Assembly (NCBI GenBank): GCA_938091905.1
Contig: CALKOM010000019.1
Coordinates: 1-16,427, forward strand
Reading direction: 5' to 3'
DNA length: 16,427 nt
Origin: an uncultured Verrucomicrobiales bacterium
Lineage (GTDB): Bacteria; Verrucomicrobiota; Verrucomicrobiia; Verrucomicrobiales; DEV007
Shown one piece after another: positions 1-7,176 of this stretch. A program made the translations under genes and the position numbers. The stretch's first letter is position 1. Each line of letters begins with the position of its first letter. Under the pieces are notes generated by a model, which was given only the letters and a program-made list of their open reading frames with translations, searched no databases and had not been told where the DNA came from.

Positions 1-141
1 CACCGCATCACGTCGGGAAAGATTGAAGGATTCAACAATCTTGTTTCAAGAGTGGTGCATCGGGCCTGCGGAATCACTAACATGGATTACGCATGGTTGA
101 AATTTCGGCAGCTCTCCATCCAGCAAACTTGACGGAGCGCC
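1..141 (+). mobile_element. 3' end of an ISL3-family element (transposase C-terminus, stop at 130-132, probable right end ...GGAGCGCC)
   Basis: Frame 1 reads HRITSGKIEGFNNLVSRVVHRACGITNMDYAWLKFRQLSIQQT*, matching the ISL3 C-terminal pattern (xTSGxxEGxNNxxxxxxxxAxG...Y..LK). It is followed by GGAGCGCC, like ISL3 ends. Partial at the window edge. Confidence 0.8.
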
Positions 142-193
142 GGAGTTTTTTGGATTGCTGGGTGAAAGCGTGAAATAGATCTTAATTGAAAGT

Positions 194-261
194 TGGAGCC
201 CGTCCAATCCCTATCAGTTCGGCGAATCTGACCCCATAAACGAAAAGCAATTTACTAGCAG
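194..261. repeat. Dispersed ~70-bp element, copy 1
   Basis: TCCAATCCCTATCAGTTCGGCGAATCTGACCCCATAAACGAAAAGCAATTTACTAGCAG (203-261) aligns by eye with 2829-2895 and 6190-6260. Confidence 0.9.
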
Positions 262-1006
262 TCAGTCGATTGTGCAGAAGATACGGGTATTCAGGGTTTT
301 CTGGCGCGGCTTTTGTCGTGCTGGGCTTACAGTAGATGGCTTTGATTCCAAGGTATTCCATCATCTTCCCTGCCGTCCATCGGCTCATGTGATAATCGTT
401 TCTTGCTAGCACGACTCCTAGTTGGCGTGCTCCCATCGTGGGATCCTTTGCATGGATCATCGGAATCAAATCTAACGCTTCTTTATAGACGGACTTTGGT
501 TGCCATGGCGCGGACACTTGGACTTTAGCCGGTTACGATTGACTCCAAGAAGCTCACATTGGCTGCGGGTGCTAAGCTGAGGATGATCTGTTTCCAGCAT
601 GGCTTTTCTCATGGTTCTATCCCCAGCTCCTTGCACTTTTTTACCAGAAACTCCTTCTCAACGACCACTCGACCTAAGGTTCGTTCCAGCGCGTCCGTGC
701 GTTCTTTCTCCTCGTCAATCTCATGGCTCTTGGCGTTCTTCCTCTCAAAGAGAGCTACCTTCGGAGAGTAGTTCTTTCTTCCACCCCGTGACGTGTGAGG
801 GCGCTAGCTTGTGCTCTCCAGCAATCTCGTTGATGCTACTGAGGCTTTTCGCGGCCTCAAGGGCAACACGGAATTTGAATCGTGCTGAGTGGGTTCGTCT
901 TTTGTTACGTCTTGGCATTTCTGTGTAGGCTTAATGTTGGTTTCTTTACCCACCAGGAATCCTTAACCAAGTCTTCAGATTGGCTCCGTTTTGACCAGCC
1001 ACCTCA
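262..1006 (-). mobile_element. Degenerate, truncated IS3-family element (left IR, frameshifted orfA, 5' part of orfB)
   Basis: The minus strand starts TGAGGTGGCTGGTCAAAACGGAGCCA at 1006 (TG-type IS3 end). orfA 918->609 reads MPRRNKRRTHSARFKFRVALEA...WKKELL / FERKN...LERTLGRVVVEKEFLVKK (frameshift near 750). orfB ATG at 612 overlaps the orfA stop and reads MLETDHPQLSTRSQCELLGVNR / GARQL...LGIKAIYCKPSTT...YPYLL. The DDE domain is absent because the ORF is cut at the repeat. Confidence 0.85.
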
Positions 1007-1100
1007 GCTTCACACTCAATGATCACGTTTCAAAACCTGTAACTCTTCGCTTTGATCTTACAGGTGGAGGAAAAATCTACGCCTGCAGTTCGGTCGGGTA
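1007..1100 (+). pseudogene. Possible C-terminal fragment of a gene interrupted by the IS3 element
   Basis: LNDHVSKPVTLRFDLTGGGKIYAC resembles the 'GKPVRLRFxLxxxKLY' C-terminal segment of PVC glycoside-hydrolase-like proteins; begins right at the IS end. Confidence 0.3.
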
Positions 1101-1285
1101 TTCTGGGAGTGACCTCTCGGCCGTTAGAAACCATTCGCCTCACCGTGTGTTTCCAACACACCATTATAAAAAAGTACTGAGCCTCTTCCGCTATGCCGCA
1201 ATAATCGTCTTCTCCTAACTTGGATAAAGCAGCTTCCTACTAGCAACCTAGAATCTATCCTGATAGGGAGTACTAAAGCAGATTC

Positions 1286-2512
1286 ATGAACCCTAGAAAG
1301 ATTTTCCTCCTAATCACTCTGATACTTTTTCCCGTTCTGAATGCCGCGAAGGCGCCCAACGGTAAGGAGTTCCCAGCTCATTGGGGTGACCCACCGCTTC
1401 GCCAAACCAGAGACTTGCGCCCCTTGCCTGGCGGCTATGGACGTGGCAGTGGCACCCTAGCCAAGTGGATTCAGCAAAACCTCGACAAAGACAGCTCCAG
1501 TAAGGGCACATTAACCCCTCTTAAAGCTGGGGTTCGCTTGGCTGTCACCCGCGCCAAAACACCCATTACGATTGATGGGAATCTCGACGAATTCGCGACA
1601 GCCGTTTGCACTCCGGTCGAGTATTTCCATCCGGACCAGAACAATCGGCCAGCTCAGTTTTTCTATCTCTGGGACAACGATGCCTTCTACGTAGGGCTGC
1701 GGACTCTAGACGAAAAAATCTTTTCGCCTGTCGATCCTCTTTGGGAGGGAGATGCCGTTGAATGGTATTTTGATACACGCCGAGATTCCACCTTCCGTGA
1801 TCAGAAATGGGGAAAGGGAGCCGTCCATTGTTTTTGGACGGCTATGAAAAAAGCTGAGCTTAACCCACGCTTTTGTCTTCGCCCTGGCTATCTTGATGCC
1901 ATTGCAAAAACTGGCGTCGAGGTAAGCGCCCGCCGGTGGGAACGAGGTTTGGAAGTGGAGTTCAAGTTACCTTGGGTGAACTTTCCTAACTTTACGCCAA
2001 AGATAAATGAGGTTATCGGGATCGATGCAGAATTATCCTACAGTGACGGTTCTCAGAGGTCCTATCGAAGCTTTATCTTTGGGAGTCCACTATCGGTCGC
2101 TCAGCCGGGCAACTTGGCACGCGTCCAACTTGTCGATACCCTTCAGGAAGACCACTGGGCACAATGTATGCCAGTGATGATGCCCATTCGAATCGACACA
2201 GCATGGTCTCAAGGAGGAAAGCCAAAAGTTCAAGCTCGCATTGCGCTGCCAGTAAATCATTTAGAAAAGATTGGAAAGATCATGTTTCGAGTATCCGATT
2301 TATCAGGAAAGTTGCTAGGTGAATTTGAAGCGAGAGAAACAGAAATACTCGGATCAGACCCCAATTTCTCGAGGAAGATTACGACTTGGCCAGCGGATCT
2401 AACCGCGCCCGGAAGCTATACTGCGATTGCCGTGATTTATGATAAAAAGGGAAAGGAACTTGGACGAGTTGCTCCACGATTAGTCAGTGTTAATATGAAA
2501 CAAGGTTATTGA
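1286..2512 (+). CDS. Secreted protein with a CBM9-like/DOMON-like sugar-binding domain and a small N-terminal module
   Basis: 408-aa ORF with signal peptide MNPRKIFLLITLILFPVLNA-A; CBM9_1-like motifs ITIDGNLDEF, WDNDAFYVG, WEGDAVEWYFD, VEFKLPW. Confidence 0.8.
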   Translation: MNPRKIFLLITLILFPVLNAAKAPNGKEFPAHWGDPPLRQTRDLRPLPGGYGRGSGTLAKWIQQNLDKDSSSKGTLTPLKAGVRLAVTRAKTPITIDGNLDEFATAVCTPVEYFHPDQNNRPAQFFYLWDNDAFYVGLRTLDEKIFSPVDPLWEGDAVEWYFDTRRDSTFRDQKWGKGAVHCFWTAMKKAELNPRFCLRPGYLDAIAKTGVEVSARRWERGLEVEFKLPWVNFPNFTPKINEVIGIDAELSYSDGSQRSYRSFIFGSPLSVAQPGNLARVQLVDTLQEDHWAQCMPVMMPIRIDTAWSQGGKPKVQARIALPVNHLEKIGKIMFRVSDLSGKLLGEFEARETEILGSDPNFSRKITTWPADLTAPGSYTAIAVIYDKKGKELGRVAPRLVSVNMKQGY

Positions 2513-2592
2513 TTGGCCAAAAAAATGTTAACAGGGAAAAGGCTCAACCAGGAATTCGAATTTGATTTAAAGAGCATTTACAAGGGCCTTCA

Positions 2593-2815
2593 TTACTCTC
2601 CTCCAGACAAGTCCCAGCACCGAATCCCCTTATCGTCGCGGCAGTATACTCGCTGGTTTGCTAGAGCGGGATGTGATCAAACTAAGAGGCACCCTGACAC
2701 AGTGTGCGTGGGATCAATAATACTCATGCGAGACACCTCGTGATATTTCTTCGGTGATAGCTCGGCCACGATCATCTCACCGTGGTCGTTGCAAATGAGT
2801 GTTCGCCCCAAAGGT
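2593..2815 (-). pseudogene. C-terminal fragment of a PQQ-like/BamB-type beta-propeller protein with an internal nonsense codon
   Basis: Reads RTLICNDHGEMIVAELSPKKYHEVSRMSIIDPTHTVSGCLLV*SHPALANQRVYCRDDKGIRCWDLSGGE*. The TGA at 2677-2679 replaces the W of the typical 'VWSHPA.AN..Y.RND..I.C..L' terminus. The 5' part is lost near repeat copy 2. Confidence 0.75.
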
Positions 2816-2828
2816 TCATGATGGACGG

Positions 2829-2895
2829 CTGAACTCCCTCCAATTCCTAGCAATGAGGCGAATCTGACCCCATAGACGAAAAGCAATTTCTAACA
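2829..2895. repeat. Dispersed ~70-bp element, copy 2
   Basis: CTGAACTCCCTCCAATTCCTAGCAATGAGGCGAATCTGACCCCATAGACGAAAAGCAATTTCTAACA. Confidence 0.9.
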
Positions 2896-2898
2896 TTA

Positions 2899-3586
2899 AC
2901 ACTTCTCGCCCTGCGCCAATCCCTCGAAGCATGGCATTTCCACCAAAAGCTCATGGCCGACTGTGACGAGCAGATCACCGAGCACATGAGTGCTCTCGAT
3001 GACCAGGAAGAAGAGCCCTCGCCTCCATCGAACAAGAAGGGTAACAAGGCTCCCGACGAACCGATGCGCCAGCACCTCTTTGCCAAGTTTGGAGTCGATC
3101 TCACCGCCATGGAAGGGGTAGGCATCCAGACCGTTCTGGCGTTCCTGAGCGAAGTCGGCACCGACGTGGGCAAGTTCGCAACCGCGGAACACTTTGGTTC
3201 GTGGCTGGGGCTGTGCCCCGACAATCGCATCACCGGCGGACGCACCCTAGCGTCCCACACCCGCAAGGTCAGCAACCGCAAGGTCAGCAACCGCCTCGCC
3301 ACGGCCCTGCGCATGGCCGCCCAGTCATTTCATCGATCGAAATCCTCTTTGGGTGACTGGTTCCGCCGCATCCGCGCCAAGCTTGGGACCAAAGCCGCCG
3401 TCACCGCCGCCGCACACAAACTGGCCCGCATCCTCTACGCCATGGTCAAACACCGCACCCCCTTCGACTCCGACCGCCTCGGCAATCCCGAACAAAGTCG
3501 CGCAAGAAAAGAGCGCTTCCTGCACGGCCAAGCCGAGCAACTTGGGTTCACCTTGACTCCGGTAGAGGGGGAAGTTTCATAAGAGT
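2899..3586 (+). mobile_element. 5'-truncated IS110-family transposase (Transposase_20 domain only; stop 3580-3582)
   Basis: LLALRQSLEAWHFHQKLMADCDEQI...GVDLTAMEGVG...SEVGTDVGKFATAEHFGSWLGLCPDNRITGG...NRLATALRMAAQS...KAAVTAAAHKLARILYAM. The N-terminal DEDD domain is missing and homology starts right after repeat copy 2. Confidence 0.9.
3261..3294 (+). repeat. 15-bp tandem duplication inside the IS110 ORF (RKVSN x2)
   Basis: CCGCAAGGTCAGCAA CCGCAAGGTCAGCAA CCGC. Confidence 0.95.
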
Positions 3587-3764
3587 CGGCGGACGGACTG
3601 ACCGTCTACTCAACCGGCAGCAGCAAGAATTGGGACGACGAGACTGAATGCTGGTTGGAGAGCCACTGGCGCTTTCAGCCACTCGGCATCCCCTGGCAGG
3701 CAGTGCAGAGCGTCGAAGCGGGCTCCGCCGAGCGCCGCCTTCCCGCGCCCCCCCTGAAGCAACG

Positions 3765-4115
3765 ATGAACCCACCAGCCGCCGACGCTCTGGTCATTCGG
3801 CTCGCCGTGGAACCCTCGATCAACCTCAACGACTATTACTTCTCGTCACAGGGCTACGAAAAGGCGGATCTCATCGGCCTCTCGCGCGAGGAATGGAACG
3901 AAAGCGACCTCTTCAGTCACATCTGTGTCCCTCGGAAAGATCTCACCATCGATCTGCTGGATGCACTCGACCTCGTCACCACACTTTCGGAGCAACATCG
4001 CGAGACCTCCCGACGGGAAAACCAGGGCTATGAACTTCCCGAGCCTCGTCGGCATAAGGCAAATGCCCTGACCCGTTGGCTGCTGCGTTGCCTAAAAAGG
4101 CGCCTCAAGGAATAG
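3765..4115 (+). CDS. Hypothetical protein (~116 aa; ORF open from 3648)
   Basis: Protein-like composition from ATG 3765; no recognised motif; convergent with the glutaminase. Confidence 0.5.
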   Translation: MNPPAADALVIRLAVEPSINLNDYYFSSQGYEKADLIGLSREEWNESDLFSHICVPRKDLTIDLLDALDLVTTLSEQHRETSRRENQGYELPEPRRHKANALTRWLLRCLKRRLKE

Positions 4116-4125
4116 CCCACACGAT

Positions 4126-4155
4126 CACGCCACGCCACGCCACGCCAGGCCAGGC
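4126..4155. repeat. Pentanucleotide microsatellite (CACGC)x4 (CAGGC)x2 between convergent genes
   Basis: Direct reading. Confidence 0.85.
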
Positions 4156-4161
4156 AGGGGT

Positions 4162-5982
4162 TCAAGCCTTCAGCGCCCCAACCTCTAGATTGCTGCGGCG
4201 CAGGCGATCGATATTCAGTAGTAGAATGTTGCGCATCACCTTGCCGTGGATCTCAGGAAACTCCTGCTGCAACCGAGACAGGTTGTCGACCGATAGCGTG
4301 TAGCAGGTAATCGCCTCGCCGGCCCAGACATCGGCAGAACGCCTGCTACCATCGACGACGGCGATGTCGCCAAAACAAACGCCGGCGCCGAAGGAACTGA
4401 TTCGACGCTTACTCTCCGAGTCCTCGCCGACGCGATGGAAGATACTCACCGAGCCTTTGGCCAAGAGGTAAATCTCGTCCGGCTTATCGCCCTGCCGGAT
4501 GACGCGCGAACCCGCCTTCAGCCCAACCATTTCCAACATGCCCTCGATCGTCGACAACTCGGCTGCCGTGAGGTCGCGGAACAGGTCGAAGTCGTGAAAC
4601 GGCACCAGCTCATCGACCAGAGGGCGGTCGACATGGGCGGCGATGATTTCATCTTCACAGGCTTCCAGTGCGACATCGAGATCCTTGTAGAATCGCACCC
4701 CGCCCTCGAGCCCGGAAAAGCGTTCGTGATCTACCCGATGGCCCTGGTCGACGATCACCAAGCGTTTACCGGAATCGACCAATTGCTTGGTCATCGACAA
4801 GAGCAGGCCCAACGTGGCCTCATCAAAGAGTCCGACCCGATTGAGATCGAACACGAAGACCTCGGTCTCGTCCGCGCGCTCGGTGGTCGCCCGAATGACT
4901 CGCTCGAGAGCCGAAAAGAAGATGTCCCCCTGCAACTCGATCACTGCGACCACGGCGCCGTGCTCCCGAACCGCGTCGTGATGGACCTTACGACGCTGGC
5001 AACGGGAGCCCACATGCGACAGGTTGTAGATCCGCCGAATGACCTGGTCCGAGATCACTGGCACATTGAAGAGGTGCAAATTAAATCGTCTTGAGAGCTC
5101 ACTGAAGACCCGCATGCCACGCACGCTGTTGCCTTTTGGGTCGAGGCGAGGCGAAAACACCGCCACTCCGAGTTGCCCCGGCAGCACGCCCATCACGCCT
5201 CCACCGACGCCGCTCTTCGCCGGCAGGCCGACAGTGAAGATCCACTCACCGGAGTAGTCATACATGCCACAGGTACTCATCACGCTGAGCACTCGCTCGA
5301 TGTTGGACGACTGAAGCACCCGCTCGCCGGTCAACGGATTGACCCCCCCGTTCGCGAGGCAGGAAGCCATCACCGCAAGATCACGACAGCTCACGAGGAT
5401 GGAACACTGCTTGAAGTAGACCTCGACCGCTTCCTCCACCGGATCGTCGAGCATCTCGAAATTTCGCAACAGGTTGGCGATGGCTCGATTGCGAAAACCT
5501 GTCGTACTTTCCGAACGGTACACTGAATCATCGACCGGCAAATCTCGACCCGCGAAGCGGGAGTAGTGCTCAAGGATCCGACCGAAGCGTTCATCAAAGC
5601 CCTCGCCCGAAACCATCCCCGTCGAAGCGATCGCCCCGGCGTTGATCATTGGATTGAGAGGGCGCCCAGTCTCCGGGTCGAGACTGATCGAATTGAAGGC
5701 TTCACCCGACGGTTCGACACCGATGCGCTTTTCGACGACCTCGATACCGTGCTCGTCCAACACCATGCCATAGGTGAAAGCCTTCGAAATCGACTGGATG
5801 GTGAACTCCTGAAGGGAGTCTCCCACCTGGTAGCAATGCCCATCCGTTGTGAAGACCGAAATGCCAAAGGACTCCGGGTCGACATTGGTCAGTTCCGGAA
5901 TGTAATCCGCAAGTTCGCCTTCTTTGCAGTCCCGGTAGTGCTGGAACAGCTCCTCGATGATTAGTGAAATGGTATTGTCCAT
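4162..5982 (-). CDS. glsA: Glutaminase A fused to STAS-like and cyclic-nucleotide-binding domains (ORF open to 6033; ATG 5982 preferred)
   Basis: Motifs GELADYIPEL, FTIQSISK (catalytic S-x-x-K), VEPSGEAFN, NPMINAGAI, GMYDYSG, PAKSGVGGG, SPRLDxKGNSVRG. Then IELQGDIFF...FVFDLNRV (STAS) and VIRQGD...IYLLAKGSVSI...FGDIAVVDGSRRSADV (cNMP). Confidence 0.95.
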   Translation of the reverse strand: MDNTISLIIEELFQHYRDCKEGELADYIPELTNVDPESFGISVFTTDGHCYQVGDSLQEFTIQSISKAFTYGMVLDEHGIEVVEKRIGVEPSGEAFNSISLDPETGRPLNPMINAGAIASTGMVSGEGFDERFGRILEHYSRFAGRDLPVDDSVYRSESTTGFRNRAIANLLRNFEMLDDPVEEAVEVYFKQCSILVSCRDLAVMASCLANGGVNPLTGERVLQSSNIERVLSVMSTCGMYDYSGEWIFTVGLPAKSGVGGGVMGVLPGQLGVAVFSPRLDPKGNSVRGMRVFSELSRRFNLHLFNVPVISDQVIRRIYNLSHVGSRCQRRKVHHDAVREHGAVVAVIELQGDIFFSALERVIRATTERADETEVFVFDLNRVGLFDEATLGLLLSMTKQLVDSGKRLVIVDQGHRVDHERFSGLEGGVRFYKDLDVALEACEDEIIAAHVDRPLVDELVPFHDFDLFRDLTAAELSTIEGMLEMVGLKAGSRVIRQGDKPDEIYLLAKGSVSIFHRVGEDSESKRRISSFGAGVCFGDIAVVDGSRRSADVWAGEAITCYTLSVDNLSRLQQEFPEIHGKVMRNILLLNIDRLRRSNLEVGALKA

Positions 5983-6069
5983 GCGTCGGCAGGTCTCGGC
6001 TAACAGGGCCATCGGCTTTCCGATTGGGCCCACAACCCACCCCCAGCATGACGGACCTTGCCGTTATCC

Positions 6070-6095
6070 AAAGCACAGAAAGCACAGAAAGCACA
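6070..6095. repeat. 9-bp tandem repeat AAAGCACAG x~3 upstream of glsA
   Basis: Direct reading. Confidence 0.9.
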
Positions 6096-6189
6096 ATTCG
6101 TACCGTACGCCGCTGCCGCCCGGCGACTACTCTTCCTCGAGATCGAGGAAGTCGCTCACCTTCAGCATGTAGCCAACACCGACTGTTCA

Positions 6190-6260
6190 CTGAACCCCCT
6201 CCAATCCCTAGCACAATGCAGCGAATCTGACCCCCTAGACGAAAAGAATTTTCCTAGCAG
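6190..6260. repeat. Dispersed ~70-bp element, copy 3
   Basis: CTGAACCCCCTCCAATCCCTAGCACAATGCAGCGAATCTGACCCCCTAGACGAAAAGAATTTTCCTAGCAG. Confidence 0.9.
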
Positions 6261-6395
6261 TTCGCTATTCCGGATGCGATCGGAGTGCGGCTTGAAATAC
6301 CAGTGGTGTTGCAGGAAGACGGCGGCACCTATTTCGTCGAGGTAAGTAATGCCTCGGGAAGCGATCGTAGTCGAAATATCCGTCTAACGACCACA
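6261..6395 (+). pseudogene. Fragment of an immunoglobulin (I-set-like) domain gene
   Basis: FAIPDAIGVRLEIPVVLQEDGGTYFVEVSNASGSDRSRNIRLT matches the second half of Ig domains (IPGAT..L.I..V...DxGxYxVxVSNxxGS.xS); starts immediately after repeat copy 3. Confidence 0.65.
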
Positions 6396-6534
6396 GCACT
6401 CCCCGTAAGTTTTCCAGATGAAGCACAACCCAAAATTGAACCCTGGCAGGCCCGCTATCGGCAGCTTCGACCGGGTGGATTCAGAGTTGGACATGCGCGG
6501 AACCGTGCCATGGTAGCGCTAGTTTCGCTCGTCC

Positions 6535-7023
6535 ATGCAAGAAATCCCTTACAATCACCAGCGCGGCAACATCCCGGCATCGATATCGATGATCCCCTTG
6601 TTTGCCCAGCTTAAGGAAGCCACTCTCGAGGAACTTCTCGGACACGCCAGCATCGTGCAGCTGGACGCCGGTGAGACCTTCCTCAAAGAAGGTGGGCGGG
6701 CGACAGGGCTGTTCATCATCCTTAAAGGTAAGTTCGAGGTCTCAAAAAACGGGCGAGCCGTGGCCACCCTGGCGAAAGCTGGCGAACTCTTGGGCGAGAT
6801 GAGTTTCATTTTGAACCAACCGCACCAAGCCAACGTCACCGCCAAAAGCCAAGCGACCGTTTTCAAAATCGATTCCCACGTGATGGACGCGCTGCCCGAT
6901 GATCACTACGACCATTTTCAGGGCACGATGTATCGCTACCTCACCAAGCTTCTTGCCGAGCGCTTGATGAAGACCTCGGAGCAGTTGACCAGGTCGCAGT
7001 CCGAGGACATCTACTACCTCTAG
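6535..7023 (+). CDS. Stand-alone cyclic-nucleotide-binding (Crp-like, no HTH) protein
   Basis: IPLFAQL...GETFLKEG...LFIILKGKFEV...GELLGEMSFI...ANVTA followed by a C-helix LAERL; 162 aa, ending before any HTH. Confidence 0.9.
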   Translation: MQEIPYNHQRGNIPASISMIPLFAQLKEATLEELLGHASIVQLDAGETFLKEGGRATGLFIILKGKFEVSKNGRAVATLAKAGELLGEMSFILNQPHQANVTAKSQATVFKIDSHVMDALPDDHYDHFQGTMYRYLTKLLAERLMKTSEQLTRSQSEDIYYL

Positions 7024-7176
7024 ACCCGACGTCGCTTTTCCCTGTGGGACCTGAGCTTTTGTAGGGCTCATCGACTCCCAGCCCGCTCCAACCTGAATAA
7101 AACGTCAGTTAAAGAGGCCAATTTCGGTCGCCAGGTGACTTTTTCTCCCGATGGGTCTACCGTAGGCTCTTCTACC

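Noticed and set aside
182..260. Shared peptide LLFVYGVRFA..GIG in ORFs 182-517 and 2677-2886 as a protein motif
   Set aside because: It is only the minus-strand translation of the DNA repeat.
2677..2679. TGA at a conserved Trp as genetic-code reassignment
   Set aside because: Intact genes use TGG for Trp and TGA as a normal stop (e.g. 2510-2512, 12494-12496); this is a nonsense mutation in a fragment.
2829..3650. IS110 bridge/seek RNA
   Set aside because: The left end and DEDD domain are deleted and the element appears to end just after the stop codon, so no non-coding end can be delimited.
4435..5964. Long plus-strand ORFs opposite glsA, and similar antisense ORFs over the HK and cyclase
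   Set aside because: Shadow ORFs typical of GC-rich coding DNA, with no recognisable motifs.
194..6260. Three repeats as a CRISPR array or integron attC cassette array
   Set aside because: Spacing is 2.6-3.3 kb, the intervening DNA is multi-gene debris rather than spacers or single cassettes, there is no RYYYAAC...GTTRRRY palindrome, and no cas or intI gene is present.
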